Below the pieces are notes generated by a model. The model was given only the letters and a program-made list of their open reading frames with translations, did no database searches and was not told the origin of the DNA. A DNA stretch of 62,201 nt, the filler included, from Sphacelaria rigidula (lineage: Eukaryota): NCBI GenBank assembly GCA_964200075.2. It is 5 parts of 5 records of this genome, joined end to end, with 100 filler letters (N's around TTAATTAATTAA, not from the genome) between each part and the next. Parts side by side here need not be neighbours in the genome. Positions count along the whole stretch, not along the records: positions 49,843 to 62,201 come from CAXNAA020003859.1; 4 more parts are not named here. One strand, 5' to 3'. Positions 49,843 to 62,201 of this stretch are shown here, one piece after another; the first letter of the stretch is position 1, and the number at the start of each line of letters is the position of its first letter. Made by a program: the position numbers and the translations under genes.

Positions 49843-51497
49843 GGATGCATATGTTGACACGCAGGTACGCTCACTTCCTACTGGATAGCTCCTGCCCCGG
49901 CAAACGAACACATCGATCCGTATTGCGCACACTCTGGATGATGTCATTCTACGCGGTACCTATCTTGGTATCGCCTGCAGAGGTGCTCACTTCAGGAGAC
50001 ACGGCCGTGCAAGCGCTGTTAGTGCTTTTATGTGCTGAAAATTCGACCACATGTCATGTACCCTACAGACAAAAACCCCATCTTGCTGACTCTGGGGTTG
50101 CGTGGTGTGTGCGTGCGTACTGGGGCGAAAATATGTCGGATTCTGTTCCGATTTGTTTTTTGGCGTAAGACTGCTCGTACATGGTGGATACCACAGTATT
50201 AGCCTAGTCGCGATTATCTTTCGCAGCTAATGCACCGTGCAGAGCATCCTTCGCAGACACTGCAACCCAGAACCTACACGTTATAACTAAATCCAATACG
50301 ATTTCTCCGTATGTGCGACCAGCACAGAGATGGTGGACCCACGACTACCGCTAGAATCGCCGCATGTTCGAATCTGTGCGTATATCTATCTGCCTTGCAT
50401 CTCAACATAAACTATGTTCTCGAGATCAATGAAAGTGTTCGTTACGGGCAAAAATCTGTCCATAAAGTGCTTTTGAAAACAGATTTCGCCTTTCTCGATA
50501 AGACACGGCCGTATTACACGAAGTTACAAGAGCACCGTTGTGCGTCGTAACGCTGGATAACACCCCTTTAGTGGCATCGTTTCTCAACACACTCTATCCG
50601 AGCTCCCCCAAATCTGCAGTGTGGAGCATCGTGCTCACAAGACAGCATTTCTCAAGAGGTGTACCGAAAATTTCATTGTTGGAAGTAGTTTTTTCAAACC
50701 TGTGATACCTGTATACAGCTGGGCTTTCCCCGCCCTCTGTGCCCCGTCTCTTGTTCGAGAAAGGCCTGCTCCTCGCCCCAGCGGTACGATCTCCTCTAAG
50801 GACAGTACAGTCAAAATCGCAGCGACCCTAGTATGTATACCGGAGTGTTCGGCTCGATCTAACTACGTCATCTTGAGCTCTTTTCCCACTCACCATGGGA
50901 CGTGAAACAGCAGGGGGAAATGTGTAGAAGCTGAAGCAGAGTGCAGGCAAGTGCTGGACTGAGACCTTACCCGGTACCACGCTACGGTACAGCAATAATG
51001 CCGGCCTGGGCCGGAGTACCCGCGAACGATCCAAAACTCGCGTATGCTCGTGTCATGTTCTGAAACATTTTTTGTTTGCTTTTGTCATACTAAAATTACC
51101 CGTTAAGGATTTACCTTTTCTACACCGTGCCCTCTGGGACGGCAGCACAATTGCAGTGCAGTCGGAACGGTGCAGCCGGAATTCACAAGAAGGTGAGACT
51201 TAAGTCTAGGCTTGAGGAGAAATTGTAGATTCATAAATGTCCTTCGTCGTCGCTAATGGTGACGCTGCTGCTCTCACTGGCGGCAATCTCAAATAACCAT
51301 CCACAGTCGCGCAGCCGTTGCGCCACTGTTTCGTCTGAGTTGTTTTCGTTACGTTTGGGCGCCCAGCCCCGCGCTTTCTCAGCTTTTGGACACAGCAGCA
51401 GCAACAGCAGAGGCGGCAACATAGCCTGACCATAGTCTGGATCTAGTATCCAATGTCTGACCTACTCAAATGACGGCGCCTATGTACACTTGAACAG

Positions 51498-54400
51498 ATG
51501 AGCGCTTCGGTATCAGCAGCAGCGGAAGCCGAACAACCGGGGGGGGTGATGGTGGACACATCTTGGCTCGCCGAATCCGCTTCAGGAGCGACCACGACAA
51601 GAGGAACAACGTTAGCAGCAGCAACCGGTGGCATGCGTGGAGGGTTGGCAATAGCAAGCAAACGCCGCACTCGTCACAGACGGAAGACTATGAGTCCGTC
51701 GCAGGTGACTAACGTGGTCACATCAAGCATCGACTGGGCCAACGATGACTTCTCCACCTTTCCAGACTATCCTTGTGTTGAGGATAGAGAGGCCGCCGCC
51801 AGTGCACGTACCATGTCGCCCACCCCCTCCAACGCAGCCGCCACCGGTACCTTCGGCATTTCAGGCGCCTCTGGCAAGATCGCGGAAACCCCCGAAAAGA
51901 ACGCAGTCGCCAGTCTCATAGACGACACGCCGGAGCGCAAGCCTAGAGCGACTGTGGCGTCGCCGCTTCCGCTAGGTCTGTTGAGCGGAAATCATCAAAA
52001 CAGCACCACCCGGTCTGTCTCGTCCGTCTCTTGTTCTGCGTCTGCAAGGACGGCCAGCGTGGATCGCACTGTGCCGGAACGTCACAGCGTCGGAGTCGGT
52101 AGCCACAATAGCAAAAATCAAGCAAAACAACCAGCAGCAGCAACGGAAGCGGAGAACATCATCCCGCAAACACAGACGACGACTGTAGCAAGGCCCGGTG
52201 CTGCTGCGGGTGTTGCCGGCGTTCAGTCAAGGAGGGAGGCGCACATGGCCGCGGTGGGGAGGGTTGATCATAGCGTTGGCGGCGCCGGCGCTGGTGCTGC
52301 TGAGCGGAGTCATGGCCGTAAGACATCTCGAAAATCCCGGCGACGGTCAATTGTGATGCCGTCCGAAGCAAAAAATAGTTTATTCGACGACGAGGAGGGC
52401 AGGGACGACGCTAGCAACAGACCTCCCGCTGATGGCGCTCCTGCTACAGATGATCCTGCCATTGTTGCCACCAGGGGCGTAGTCAGCGCTGGCAGCACCA
52501 CTGGAGAAGCCACCGGCGATCATGCGAGAACCTCCGCCAGCAGCAGCAACAGTACCAGCAGTCGCAAAAACAGCTCTGTTGGCACCCCCGCCGACGGCGG
52601 TGACGGGAAACCACCGGCGATGGCACCGGCATCGGCGACCTCAACCGTAGTCAATGCGACTAGTTGCCTGGTGCGCCCGCTGGCCGCGCAGCGCGGCTGG
52701 AAGGGCCGGCCTGGGGACGACACCAAAACTCTAATGAGGGCATACTACGCCGAACGGCGTGGTTCGCAGCGGGCGAGACTCGTCGCCGCTCGCCTGTTCT
52801 GCGTTACTGGCTACTGCCTCCTACCCGTTACACCCGACGACGCTCGCGTGCTGTGCGAGGCTGCGGGGAATAGCTTGGATTGGGAGCTAGATGACGTCCA
52901 CCTGCCGAAGCTGACGAGTCAGTCGGGCCGTCGCAAGACTCGAGAACAGAAGAGGGAGTTAGTGCAACGCATCAAGGTGAGGGGTGTTCATGTTGGCAAT
53001 GATAGGGACGGCATATCGGGAGGGGGGGTTGGGGGATGCATCGGTGTAGATTTGCTGCTTGCCTTGGCTATTTGACCATTGACCACGCATCCTTTTCGAC
53101 ACGGAGCACCGTTCCTCTTTTAATGGAGACACCTCCAGCATTTGGGCGCTCATTACGCCAGTCCGTACCCTATGTTACCTGCTATTTTCTTCGGTTGAAA
53201 GTCCAGGTGGGATCCCTGGGATGCTCAGTACTTTTGAGCGATCCTACGATAGACATAAAGGGCAGAAACACTGAGTACTTTGGGTAACCTATAACCTTTA
53301 TTACTCGTCATCTTCTCTTCAGTCGAAACTCCAGGTACTCAGTGATGTTCAGTGCTCCCGGCAGTCAATACCCTGGAGTGGCGCTACGGTACGGACGCAC
53401 GAATATTTTCTTGGGTTCGAGTCCTTAAGAGCCGTTTATCTCACCCAAAACTCAAGTTAAGAAATACGCGAGACCAATCCACGATTTGCATTCCAATTGG
53501 CCGGGGGTATCCCAAATGATTTTGGAAATGGGGGTGTCCTCATCCATACTTTTGGATACCTCCTAAATTTAGGAGCCCCGGAATGAGAGAGGTCTGTGCC
53601 CAAATGCGCAACCCCTATCGTAGCATGACTGCCTGGGTAAACTGAAACACCGGTATCTATTAATGGTATCTAGTCCAACCCTCGTTGGGAAAATGGATCG
53701 GGTACGTGACGATAGGGGGAGAGACTTTACCTCGACTCAAAATCAGGGACTGGACTCAAACCTAAAACTACACCACTACTCTTGAGAGAGGGGGGAGTGT
53801 ACCCATGGTTTTGCACTCTGCAGTCATGAGACCGTTGACCTCGCATCCCTACCAAGCCGGGACAGAGCCCGACGGGTTTTTGCCTGACCAGGCACAGGGG
53901 GAGGGGGAGGGGGGGGTACTCATGATCTTGCATGCCATGGTCGTATGTCCATTGACCTCGTAACCCTACGGAGCCAGGACGTTGCACATCCGGTTTTCGC
54001 CGGACCAGACTCGCGATCAGTCACCAAGCGCGAAGCGCCGTGATGTGTTCCAGGCCCGCGGGGGGTGGGGGGAGAACGAGAACTGGTATCGTGTGTTTGC
54101 TGTTGTTCGTTTTGGGTCGGTGAATCGTGCCGTTGTGTTTGGCGTTGAGCGATAGAATTCGCGAGAAAGTTCAAGTAAAGGAGTCGGTCAAACCGAGCGA
54201 GAGAAAGAGCGCCTAGGCACTGGCGACCTCAGGTTTCGTTGAGGAGCGCAGGTTGAAATGAATAGCCTCCTCAGTCTTGAAAACGACCCGAGAAATGGAG
54301 TGAATTGAAATGGTTCCGAAATCGCGGAGCATGTGGTGGGATTGAGAAGATTTCGTCTGTAAGTGATAACGCATGTGGCACAAGACCTCTGCTCTCATCC

Positions 54401-57400
54401 CCAGGGTATCCTCTCTACTTTTGTGTGCGACACGAATTGCGCGCCGCTGAAGTCGTGGCTTTGTGCTGACACTGTAGGATCATGTTCGTTGTGTACACCG
54501 AATGCAAAACATGCGGCAAACCGACAAGAACATGACCAGTCAGAACGGCATGTTAGGTTTTCAGAAGGCTTCACTTCACTGAATCCTATACATTTCAAGA
54601 TTCGCTGTTCGTGCAGTGTCCGCGCCTCATCACCACTCGACTCTGAGTGGAGATCCGTACTACAGTGTTCCGTACATTCTCGGACCTGCTTTGGTACTTC
54701 GTTGGCCTTTATCCGCTGTGTTTGTGGAGAAATCATTTGCCGAAAGGAGTCAAGCCTCCTTCTGCGAAACACCCAGTGCAATGTGTGCTTTGTGTTTGTG
54801 CTTGCTGTAATGACGCCGTGCAGTACTGTACTGTTAAACGATGCACATGCTGGTGATACAATCGTGAAGTACGTCGTGTTGCGATATGCTGAGCGGTCTG
54901 TCATGAATTGTACAAAGCCTTTTTTGTCTTCTATCTGTGCGTGTTTGCTAGATTGAGTCGTGCTGCTGCACTGTCGTGCCATGTGGCGTAATCCATAAAG
55001 TCGCCGATCTTGTGCCTTGAGTACACAACTTCCGATGAAGCAATCGTCGGATGAAAGATGCTGTACTCCTCGCTGCTACACTGCACATTCAAATTATCCC
55101 ATTTCCCCGGAAGGTGTACAAATGTACCCGTAGCGGCTTCGCACAGGACTGCCTCGACTTCGGGGTCGTCGGGTTGTAGTTCGGAGTACTTTGACGGATC
55201 TGCGCGTCGAGCTGTAGTACCATGGAGTTAGCTAGCGTGAGGTTGTTGTGTACCCACGCTACTGTCTGTGCAGCCTTGTCACATAAAAACATCAAAGCTT
55301 CTCGTGTACAGGCATTAATCATGCATCTTGAGATGTGGTTGTCTCGCAGAGTGTGGCGACTACGCTGTAGTGACTTACACGCCAAAACTCCTGGTATGCT
55401 GTCATTACACAAACTGTGGAATGTGGCTGCCCGGAATAGTGCCAATGCATTGTTATCAATTCTCTTCACCTTCCCTACCACATCCCTGCGTGCCGCCATA
55501 CTCTCTTGCGCTGGAATATTCTGTTGTCTCGGTGAATCGCGTTACCTCGCTGCTGTGCTGTAGCCGCTGTTCGACCTGATTGAGCAAAATGCCAAGGCAG
55601 AAAAGCAGGCGGTAGAGGGAGCTACCGGAATAGCATACAAGAAGGCTTCTCCGGACGGTTACCGCTACGAGGACCGGAAAACAAGAGAGACCGTCGAACC
55701 CGAGGTCTACAAGGCCAATTACATGAAATACGTCAAATCCGTGAGCACCGCTAGACGCAATCAGTTTGCCGTAGAAAGGAAAAACTCTAGGTCTGATGTG
55801 TTCCAGCCGGTCGTTCCAGAAGCCGGTAAGTCTGGCGGCGGCTGCACGGGCGTGGGGAGTGCGGACGACGTGGATCGTACGGACAGGGCGAGGAAGGGGG
55901 CGGTCCGGGCGGCGGTGAGGGGGTTGTCGGCAACGGCGATGCCTATTTCGCTCCCTGCTTCACAGGACGAGGGTAATGTAACAGTCCCTACGGAAATGAG
56001 CGGGGCACACACCCAGCACGAAGAACATGGCGCCGCTAGAACTACTGACGGGAGCGGTGTATCGCATGTCGCTGCAGACACGACGACCCATACCATCGAA
56101 GAGACGGCAGGCGTGTCAACCCTACAGACATCAGACGGCCTCAGCGCAGTAAAACGAAAGGCCACGCTTACCGCACTGTCGGCTACGGGCAGCCGGGGTG
56201 ACACTACGATGGCGCTGGGGGTGGATCCCGCCTTGGTAGTGCGGAAGGGAGAGAAAACCGCGGCGGGTATGTCCCCGGGCGTTGACACGCGCGAGACTGC
56301 AGTTTCCACTCCAATAGCTTCTGTTAAGCCGATGGGGTTGGGGGCGACGCCGAAATCAACGACGACGAAGATGGCGGGAAAAGCGGAGGGAGGAATGGAG
56401 TCAACTGCACCTGTGGACGAGCCTCGAGGGACGATGACGCAGGATTCTGCCACGGCGGAGGGCGGAGATATTGGGAACGCGGTGATGGGTTCACCGGGGA
56501 GATCCAGGGGTGACCGCGACTCGCGGAGTTCGTCGGAGGATACTCTCGCGCCATCGCCGAAAGACACGGGCAATCGTCCTCAAACCTCAACATTTGCGGC
56601 ACCTGTGGGAGGGGCGTCGGCAGTCACGCCCTCGGATCGATGCCTGACTGGGTCGGGAGATCTTTACGGGTCCAGCTCCATAGTCGGAAAGATCCTGGGT
56701 GAAACACTGGTGGGTCATCACAAGTCGCAGACAATGTCGGGAGCGACGGCGGTATCGGCGCCCGCCGAAGCGGAGGCGGCTCCCCAGAGCCAGACGTCAC
56801 CGGCGAGCTTTAGTAATGTTTCTCGACCGGACGGCGGGCATGGTGGTGAACTCACCGATCTCCCGTCCGAGGCGAGCCGAACGGTGGCACCCGTCCCTGG
56901 CGATGGTGTTCAAGTCCTCGAGTCTTGCTCGTCCCCATCATCTGTGCGGACTCCTTCGTCGGGCGCCGGGGTCGGCGGGGACTGTAATTCGGGTGTAGTG
57001 GGCGAGACCAGATGCTGCCGTAAGCCATTGACGCCGTTGAGTATGTCACCCGTTTGCTTCCCAGTCAAGGGCGAATACACCGAGCTGGGGGAAGCTGGAC
57101 AGCTTGTCAGAGGAGCCCATATCGAACATGTCGGGCGAGCGCCGGAAGTGGGTGGCCTCCCGGGTGGTGAAACTGTTTTGTCGCCTGGCGCCGCGATGCG
57201 TCTCAAGCTGAGCGCTTTTGTGGTGCCGGACGAGTTCGCCGGAGTTCCAGTCGACGAGCACGCGGCCCTGCGGGCGGAGCTTGATGCCATCGACGATCGC
57301 CTGCACACCGAGATCGAGGCCGCCCTTCAAAAGGGTCATGCAGATCGAGCCCTCGCGATTTCCAGATATCAGCGACCTACCCGAGGAGCCACGGCAGCAG

Positions 57401-58647
57401 CTGGTGCAACTAGTGGCGGGGGAACTCAGCCGCTCACGTATTGCCTGGCGAAAAGAGAAGAGAAAACCTACCCGCTAGAACGTCCTCCGCCGGATGCCGA
57501 GTCGGCCGTAGTCAAAACTACAGCCAGCGACGCGGCATTCATGTCTCCATCTGGGGCCGCTGGTCTAGCTGTAGGCGAGAACGAGCGCAGCTCCTTCGAC
57601 GAAGAGAATGACGTTACCGAGACCGGCAATCTGGTCATTGCCGACACGACGCCAACAACAGCAACAGTGGCATACGAGTCCGGTCCTCTCCACTCCGTTG
57701 GTCGTGCTACCAAAGCATCGTCAACGGCGACAGAAGCTTTCAGAAGAAATGGCGACAGCGCAGTGCGCGAACTGCCGCCGGTGTCGCCGCCAGCACCGCC
57801 AGCACCGCAGACACAATCCTCGGCGGCGGGCGCCGCAGGACCCGCGTGGACGGAGGACGAAAGAGACGATGACGGCGATGTTGTGATGGCCAGCTTCGTC
57901 CCTTCGTCTCCCCACCTGCCCCTGCAGGATCTGAGACTCTCCATGGATGAAAACCTGGGTTCCTCGTCGTTGCTGGGTCTTGACGACGACGATGATGACA
58001 ACAACGGCCACGGCCTTGGTCTGAGCGGCCGCGGTGGCGGCGGCTTCGGGGTTGCAGTTCGGGGTGGATCGTCGTCGACGGTGCAGGGTGAAGGGTCCGG
58101 CAAGACCAAGAGGGATAGAAGGAGCCTGAACATGGCATTGTATTCGTCTGCACAGTGGGGAGGGGCGGTCGGGGATGGGCGGGGGGGTGGGGTCAAGTTA
58201 GGGAGGGCGGCGGGACGTGAGGGCAAGCAACAGCAGCAGCAGCAACAACAACAACAACAACAGCGATCGCACCCGCTGAAACGTCGGGGGGACGGCACGC
58301 GGCGCTCGCGACGGGACGGTGCGCAGGCGGGTAGCGGAGGCGGTGGCGGTAGTTTTGGTGGGGCGGTAGTGAGAACGACCGCCGTGGGAAAGGAGAATAG
58401 CGTGAGGGTGGGAAGCGGTAGTCGTGGAGAGAAAGATGAAAACGGACGCGAGGAAGCGGGGCAGCGAGGTGTGTGTTCGCTTTGCTGTATAAGGGACTGC
58501 GATGTGGTCCTGCGCCCGTGTGAGCATGTCACTTGCGGTATGTGCGCGCGGAAACTGAGGGAGCAAGCGGAGGCTTCGGGGGGCGTGTTCTCTTGTCCGT
58601 GGGATCGGCAGGCGGTGTCGGAGGTTCAATTGCTGAAGGAGGCGTGA
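51498..58647 (+). CDS. Two-exon gene (51498-52976, 55564-58647), about 1520 aa, mostly disordered, with a C-terminal RING-HC finger (putative E3 ligase)
   Basis: Donor AAG|GTGAGG at 52977 and acceptor CTGTAG|CCG at 55563, phase 0, joining two long ORFs. CSLC-x10-PCEHVTCGMC-x16-CPWD at the C-terminus. Confidence 0.85.
53376..53631. mobile_element. MITE, GAG..CTC family (inverted), 4-bp TSD CCTG, intronic
   Basis: GAGTGGCGCTACGGTACGG / CCCCTATCGTAGCATGACTG, with CCTG on both sides. Confidence 0.8.
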
Positions 58648-58778
58648 TTTGTTATAATTTTACGACTGTTCTGCGTGCGTGTCGTCGGCTCTCGTGTTGT
58701 CCACATTTTTCTCCGCGTTTGTTGGTGTCTGTTTTTTTTGTCAGTGCAGTGGTCGCGTACGCATATATGCATACTTCG

Positions 58779-58809
<31 letters not shown>

Positions 58810-59110
58810 GGAGAGGGAGATGGGTGTCTTACAGCCCCATCAGTATTTTCACGTGAGCGTGATTCGGTACAGTCGATGCAGTTCTGGTTAATTTGCGGTC
58901 TGTGTGACGTTGAAAGGACTGGCGGTACGAAGAATGAGCATCGGGCACCTGTTGGAAATAGTAACGGTATGAAGACAACACGAATACGACGTAGAGTTGG
59001 CATAGTTGCTAGGCGAGCGAGAGATAACCGATTCTCTAGAGGACAACAACTACTGTATCTGGTGTCAGACGACAGATTTCTTTTCCTCGACCCCCTTCTT
59101 TTTCGACAGG

Positions 59111-59887
59111 ATGGCTTTCAGGATCTTGATTTCAGGAGCAGTCTTACGTCAACATCTTGTGACAAGCGTGCGACCGCATTCATCAGCACGCATGATGGAC
59201 TCTGAACGTCCACAGTGGGAGTGCAGGGGCTTCGTTGCCAAGGGGTTGAATGAACTAGGTCGTGTATTGTTCTAGGGGCCGTTCATTCGCTAGTTGTGGT
59301 GTGTCAGATGGACCATAGTTCGTGAAGAGGTGCATTTGCAGGGTACAACGAAGGCTGGTGCGCTTGTCGTTGCTGCACCTGGCAGGCAGACTTTTGAATT
59401 TTTGGGTGTATGTACGGATTGTGTTGTGCACGGGCAGATAGTGTGCATGTTGAGAGCATAACTGCTCTTTGGCCCTTGCAAGTGATATGTGGAGGATACA
59501 CAGCTTCTTTACGCGATGGATTAATCAAAGACCAGCGACAATTAGAAATGACATCATTCAGTGTGCTCAACATTTATTTTCTACATCTCTGTGTTATTAT
59601 AGAGGAAATTTCGAGCGAGACAGATTGATGAATTATCGAGCAACGCATTTATCCCAGAACCGAGGAACATCTGTTCGACCTTCAACTACAGTACTGTATT
59701 CAGAAACAGTCGTAGTGAAGAGACCACGGTATGTTCCTGCACACAGTTGGTCGTGCTGTAATCGTGTTTTTGTAATTTTTTCCCGTGTGTTCGAGATGTC
59801 TTGGAGACCGCGGGCCCGCCAGCGCTCACGCACCCCCATGTCCAACTGGAAGCTTCGATTGAAGACGGACATTTCAGAGGTGCCGAT
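59111..59887 (+). CDS. Possible first two exons of an unknown gene (59111-59258, about 59796-59887)
   Basis: MAFRILISGAVLRQHLVTSVRPHSSAR... (targeting-peptide-like) joins in phase 1 to DVLETAGPPALTHPHVQLEASIEDG. Splice sites are weak and I recognise no homology. Confidence 0.25.
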
Positions 59888-62001
59888 GTGAGGGTACATA
59901 CCCTGGGCGCTTGTGGATTTTCAGGTATTTGATGGCGTATCCAGCGCTCCTGGGTAGGAGGGGCATCAACTATCACTCAGTATATGACGGTGAATGGACG
60001 TGCATAACACTGCATACGCGAGGATATGCAGTGTTTCGACCGGCGAAGGTATGATACTAGGTACCTCATGAAACCGCCCTCTGAAATACCAGGCGCGTTA
60101 AACGGATCGCTGCGTACGAATACTGAGTTCTCCGGGTACCAACGATGCCGACGGTCAACATTGCTGAGGACGACAGGGTACCTTGGATACCCGCCCCCCC
60201 GAAATACTCCATACTCCGGAGTACATACGAACTGGGCCGCCCTAGAAGTGGATCTATAGGGTGCAGGTCTTGTCATTTCACTTTTGACAGTTGGACTTTC
60301 AAATTTGGTATGGAGAATGACAGGGTGTAATAAACAAAAAGGATACCTTGGGGCGCGGATATATATTTTACATGGGTTGAGAGCAACAATCAATGTCCAG
60401 TTTTCAGTAAAATGTCCTCAAGTTATGGGAAAAAAAAGAAGCTTGACGCCCTGTTTTTTCATCATTCCCCTATTCATTCTCCACATGAATTTTGAAAGTC
60501 CATTTCTCAAAAATTGAGGTGAGAACGGGCGATTTAGATTCCGGGTCGGTAGAATTCGGAGCAGTACTTCACAGGCCATTTACCGGACCAGTTTTGGTAC
60601 TTACTTGTGTTTTTTGTTGTTGTGGGAAATCACTAGGGCAAAACTAAGGAAATTTGAGAAACGTGGATGCATTTTTATTTTTCATGAGTTGACGTTTTAG
60701 TGTGTACTGAAGACAATTTCTTCACGAGAAGGTCTTTGACTCATGAAAAAATGAAAAAATGGGCGTCCACTGTCACGTTGTTTCCAGTATATGCGCTTGC
60801 GGTTTTCCATACTCAATTTCAAATCGCAATTCTTAACATTGATTCGAGAAACTGAGATAGCACCAACAACAAATATGATGATTGTTGGGTAACGCCGCCA
60901 CGCGATAGCTCTCCTCAAAACCCAGCCCCGAAATTGTCACGAGCTAAATAGCTACCGCATCTTCGTGCTTGTTTTTTTCGACTGTATACGCTAGAGAAGA
61001 TCCAAGCTTCATTGTGAAGACTTCCCTCGGGCGGAGCGCAGTTTGGCCTGCTTGAATGTGCTTCAGTCTCTCAAACACTCAGCTTTGTTTGGGGCGGTCG
61101 TCACAGTCCCGTGATGTCAGGTTGTGCCCTGTCTACCTCGCAACAACCCAACAAACAAATAAATGCCGGCGCATATCCGGCACATTTTTCGGAGGTATGA
61201 ATGTCTCGCCTGCCTCTGACCTCAGCAATTCCACCTTCTTCAGGCCCCCCCCAGAAGGCACCCTTGACCGGTACCACTGCCGATATTATTTATTTTCAAT
61301 TTCGATTTCCATTTGTTCTCAGGAGAAAGTCTCGTACCCATCATGAGAATCCCCCGTTTTGGTCTCACATGGCGACCGAAGAACGGATTTGTTTGTTATA
61401 TTTAGGCTACTTTTTTTCATGGATGGGTAAAAATACAACCTTCTTGTTGTTGAAAAGCGCGTTTATTGTTGGCCCTTCTGCATCGTTTTTCCCCGAAAAG
61501 AGGGCTAGGTGGATATTGACACCTTGGATGACTTACTCTCTACTCGCCGAGACCGTTCCAGAGCACCTTATCGTTCTCCGTAAGTCACAGTTTCGTTTTT
61601 GGCCAAACCTGCATAATTCTATGAAATACCGACTCTATGAACTCTGTGACACTAGCCAGAAGAAGGACGACTGGTGGATCACTAGAAAAAACAAAACGCT
61701 TTTTTATCATTTCAGAGTGCAAATATCTCAGGATCAGAGCGTAATAACGAAAAAATATTTTCCCCTTCGTTAAATGTGGTATCCCCTTCATGTTTTTTCA
61801 ATCGATGGGGTGTTTTTTTTCATCCTGCACTCTGATCCTGAGATATTTGCGCTCTGAATTGACAAAAAGCGTTTTCTGAAACTCTCTAATGATGGTTTCG
61901 GTCTGTGCTGTAAGCTCACAGAATCGGTAAAATGCGCTGAAAAAGTATCTACGCGATCGAGGGACATAAAGCCGACAAAAAAGTCATTGGGCACCATCAA
62001 A

Positions 62002-62201
62002 CAGCCTGGATTCGTTATTGAGGTTCAACATTTTAATGAGTTACAACCCGACAACAGTGCTTTCCCTGATCTAAAGTTATGACCAATGAAATGCACATGG
62101 ACGATCTCATGCCCCCCGACCTTCTTCAAACTATTTCGGGGGTTGCCCGTCTTCCGTGCCGCCACAGTCTTCACCCGCAACCCACAATTTCGGGCGAGAA
62201 A
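62002..62201. mobile_element. MITE of the 9195-9612 family, truncated by the window/contig end
   Basis: CAGCCTGGATTCGTTATTGAGGTTCAACATTTTAAT... is collinear with 9195-9395. Confidence 0.88.

Noticed and set aside
54363..55563. Overlapping 110-200 aa ORFs in the RING-gene intron, one with a SWIM-like WSCSC
   Set aside because: There is no complete motif and no supporting domains. Probably chance ORFs or unrecognisable TE debris.
55761..58629. Long antisense ORFs opposite the RING gene
   Set aside because: They are expected shadow ORFs of a GC-rich low-complexity exon.

Overview
Eukaryotic, repeat-rich genomic DNA. It is most likely from a brown alga (Phaeophyceae), inferred from the retroelement families, long GT-AG introns and GC-rich low-complexity exons. 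The window is not one locus. It is five pieces of 12362, 12360, 12360, 12360 and 12359 bp joined by identical 100-nt spacers (N44-TTAATTAATTAA-N44), most likely length-sorted unlinked contigs, so nothing should be inferred across spacers. Piece 1: the 3' end of a Ty3/gypsy integrase with a chromodomain and a second PWWP/Tudor-like module, a decayed two-LTR Ty1/copia element, a nested palindrome/MITE cluster, and copia and LINE remnants. Piece 2: a 5'-truncated copia (family B), MITEs with 4-bp TSDs, and the last exons of a spliced gene. Piece 3: a decayed Cys-rich spliced gene or transposase and several copia remnants, including a protease-only derivative. Piece 4: a second family-B copia with near-identical LTRs but a wrecked pol, and four exons of a LisH-CTLH (RanBP9/10-like, GID/CTLH complex) gene. 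Piece 5: a two-exon gene of about 1520 aa with a C-terminal RING, plus MITEs. I see no CRISPR array, rRNA, tRNA or multi-gene novel system. The best leads are the double histone-reader integrase tail, a defective copia lineage apparently amplified in trans, and a Sola-like MITE family.
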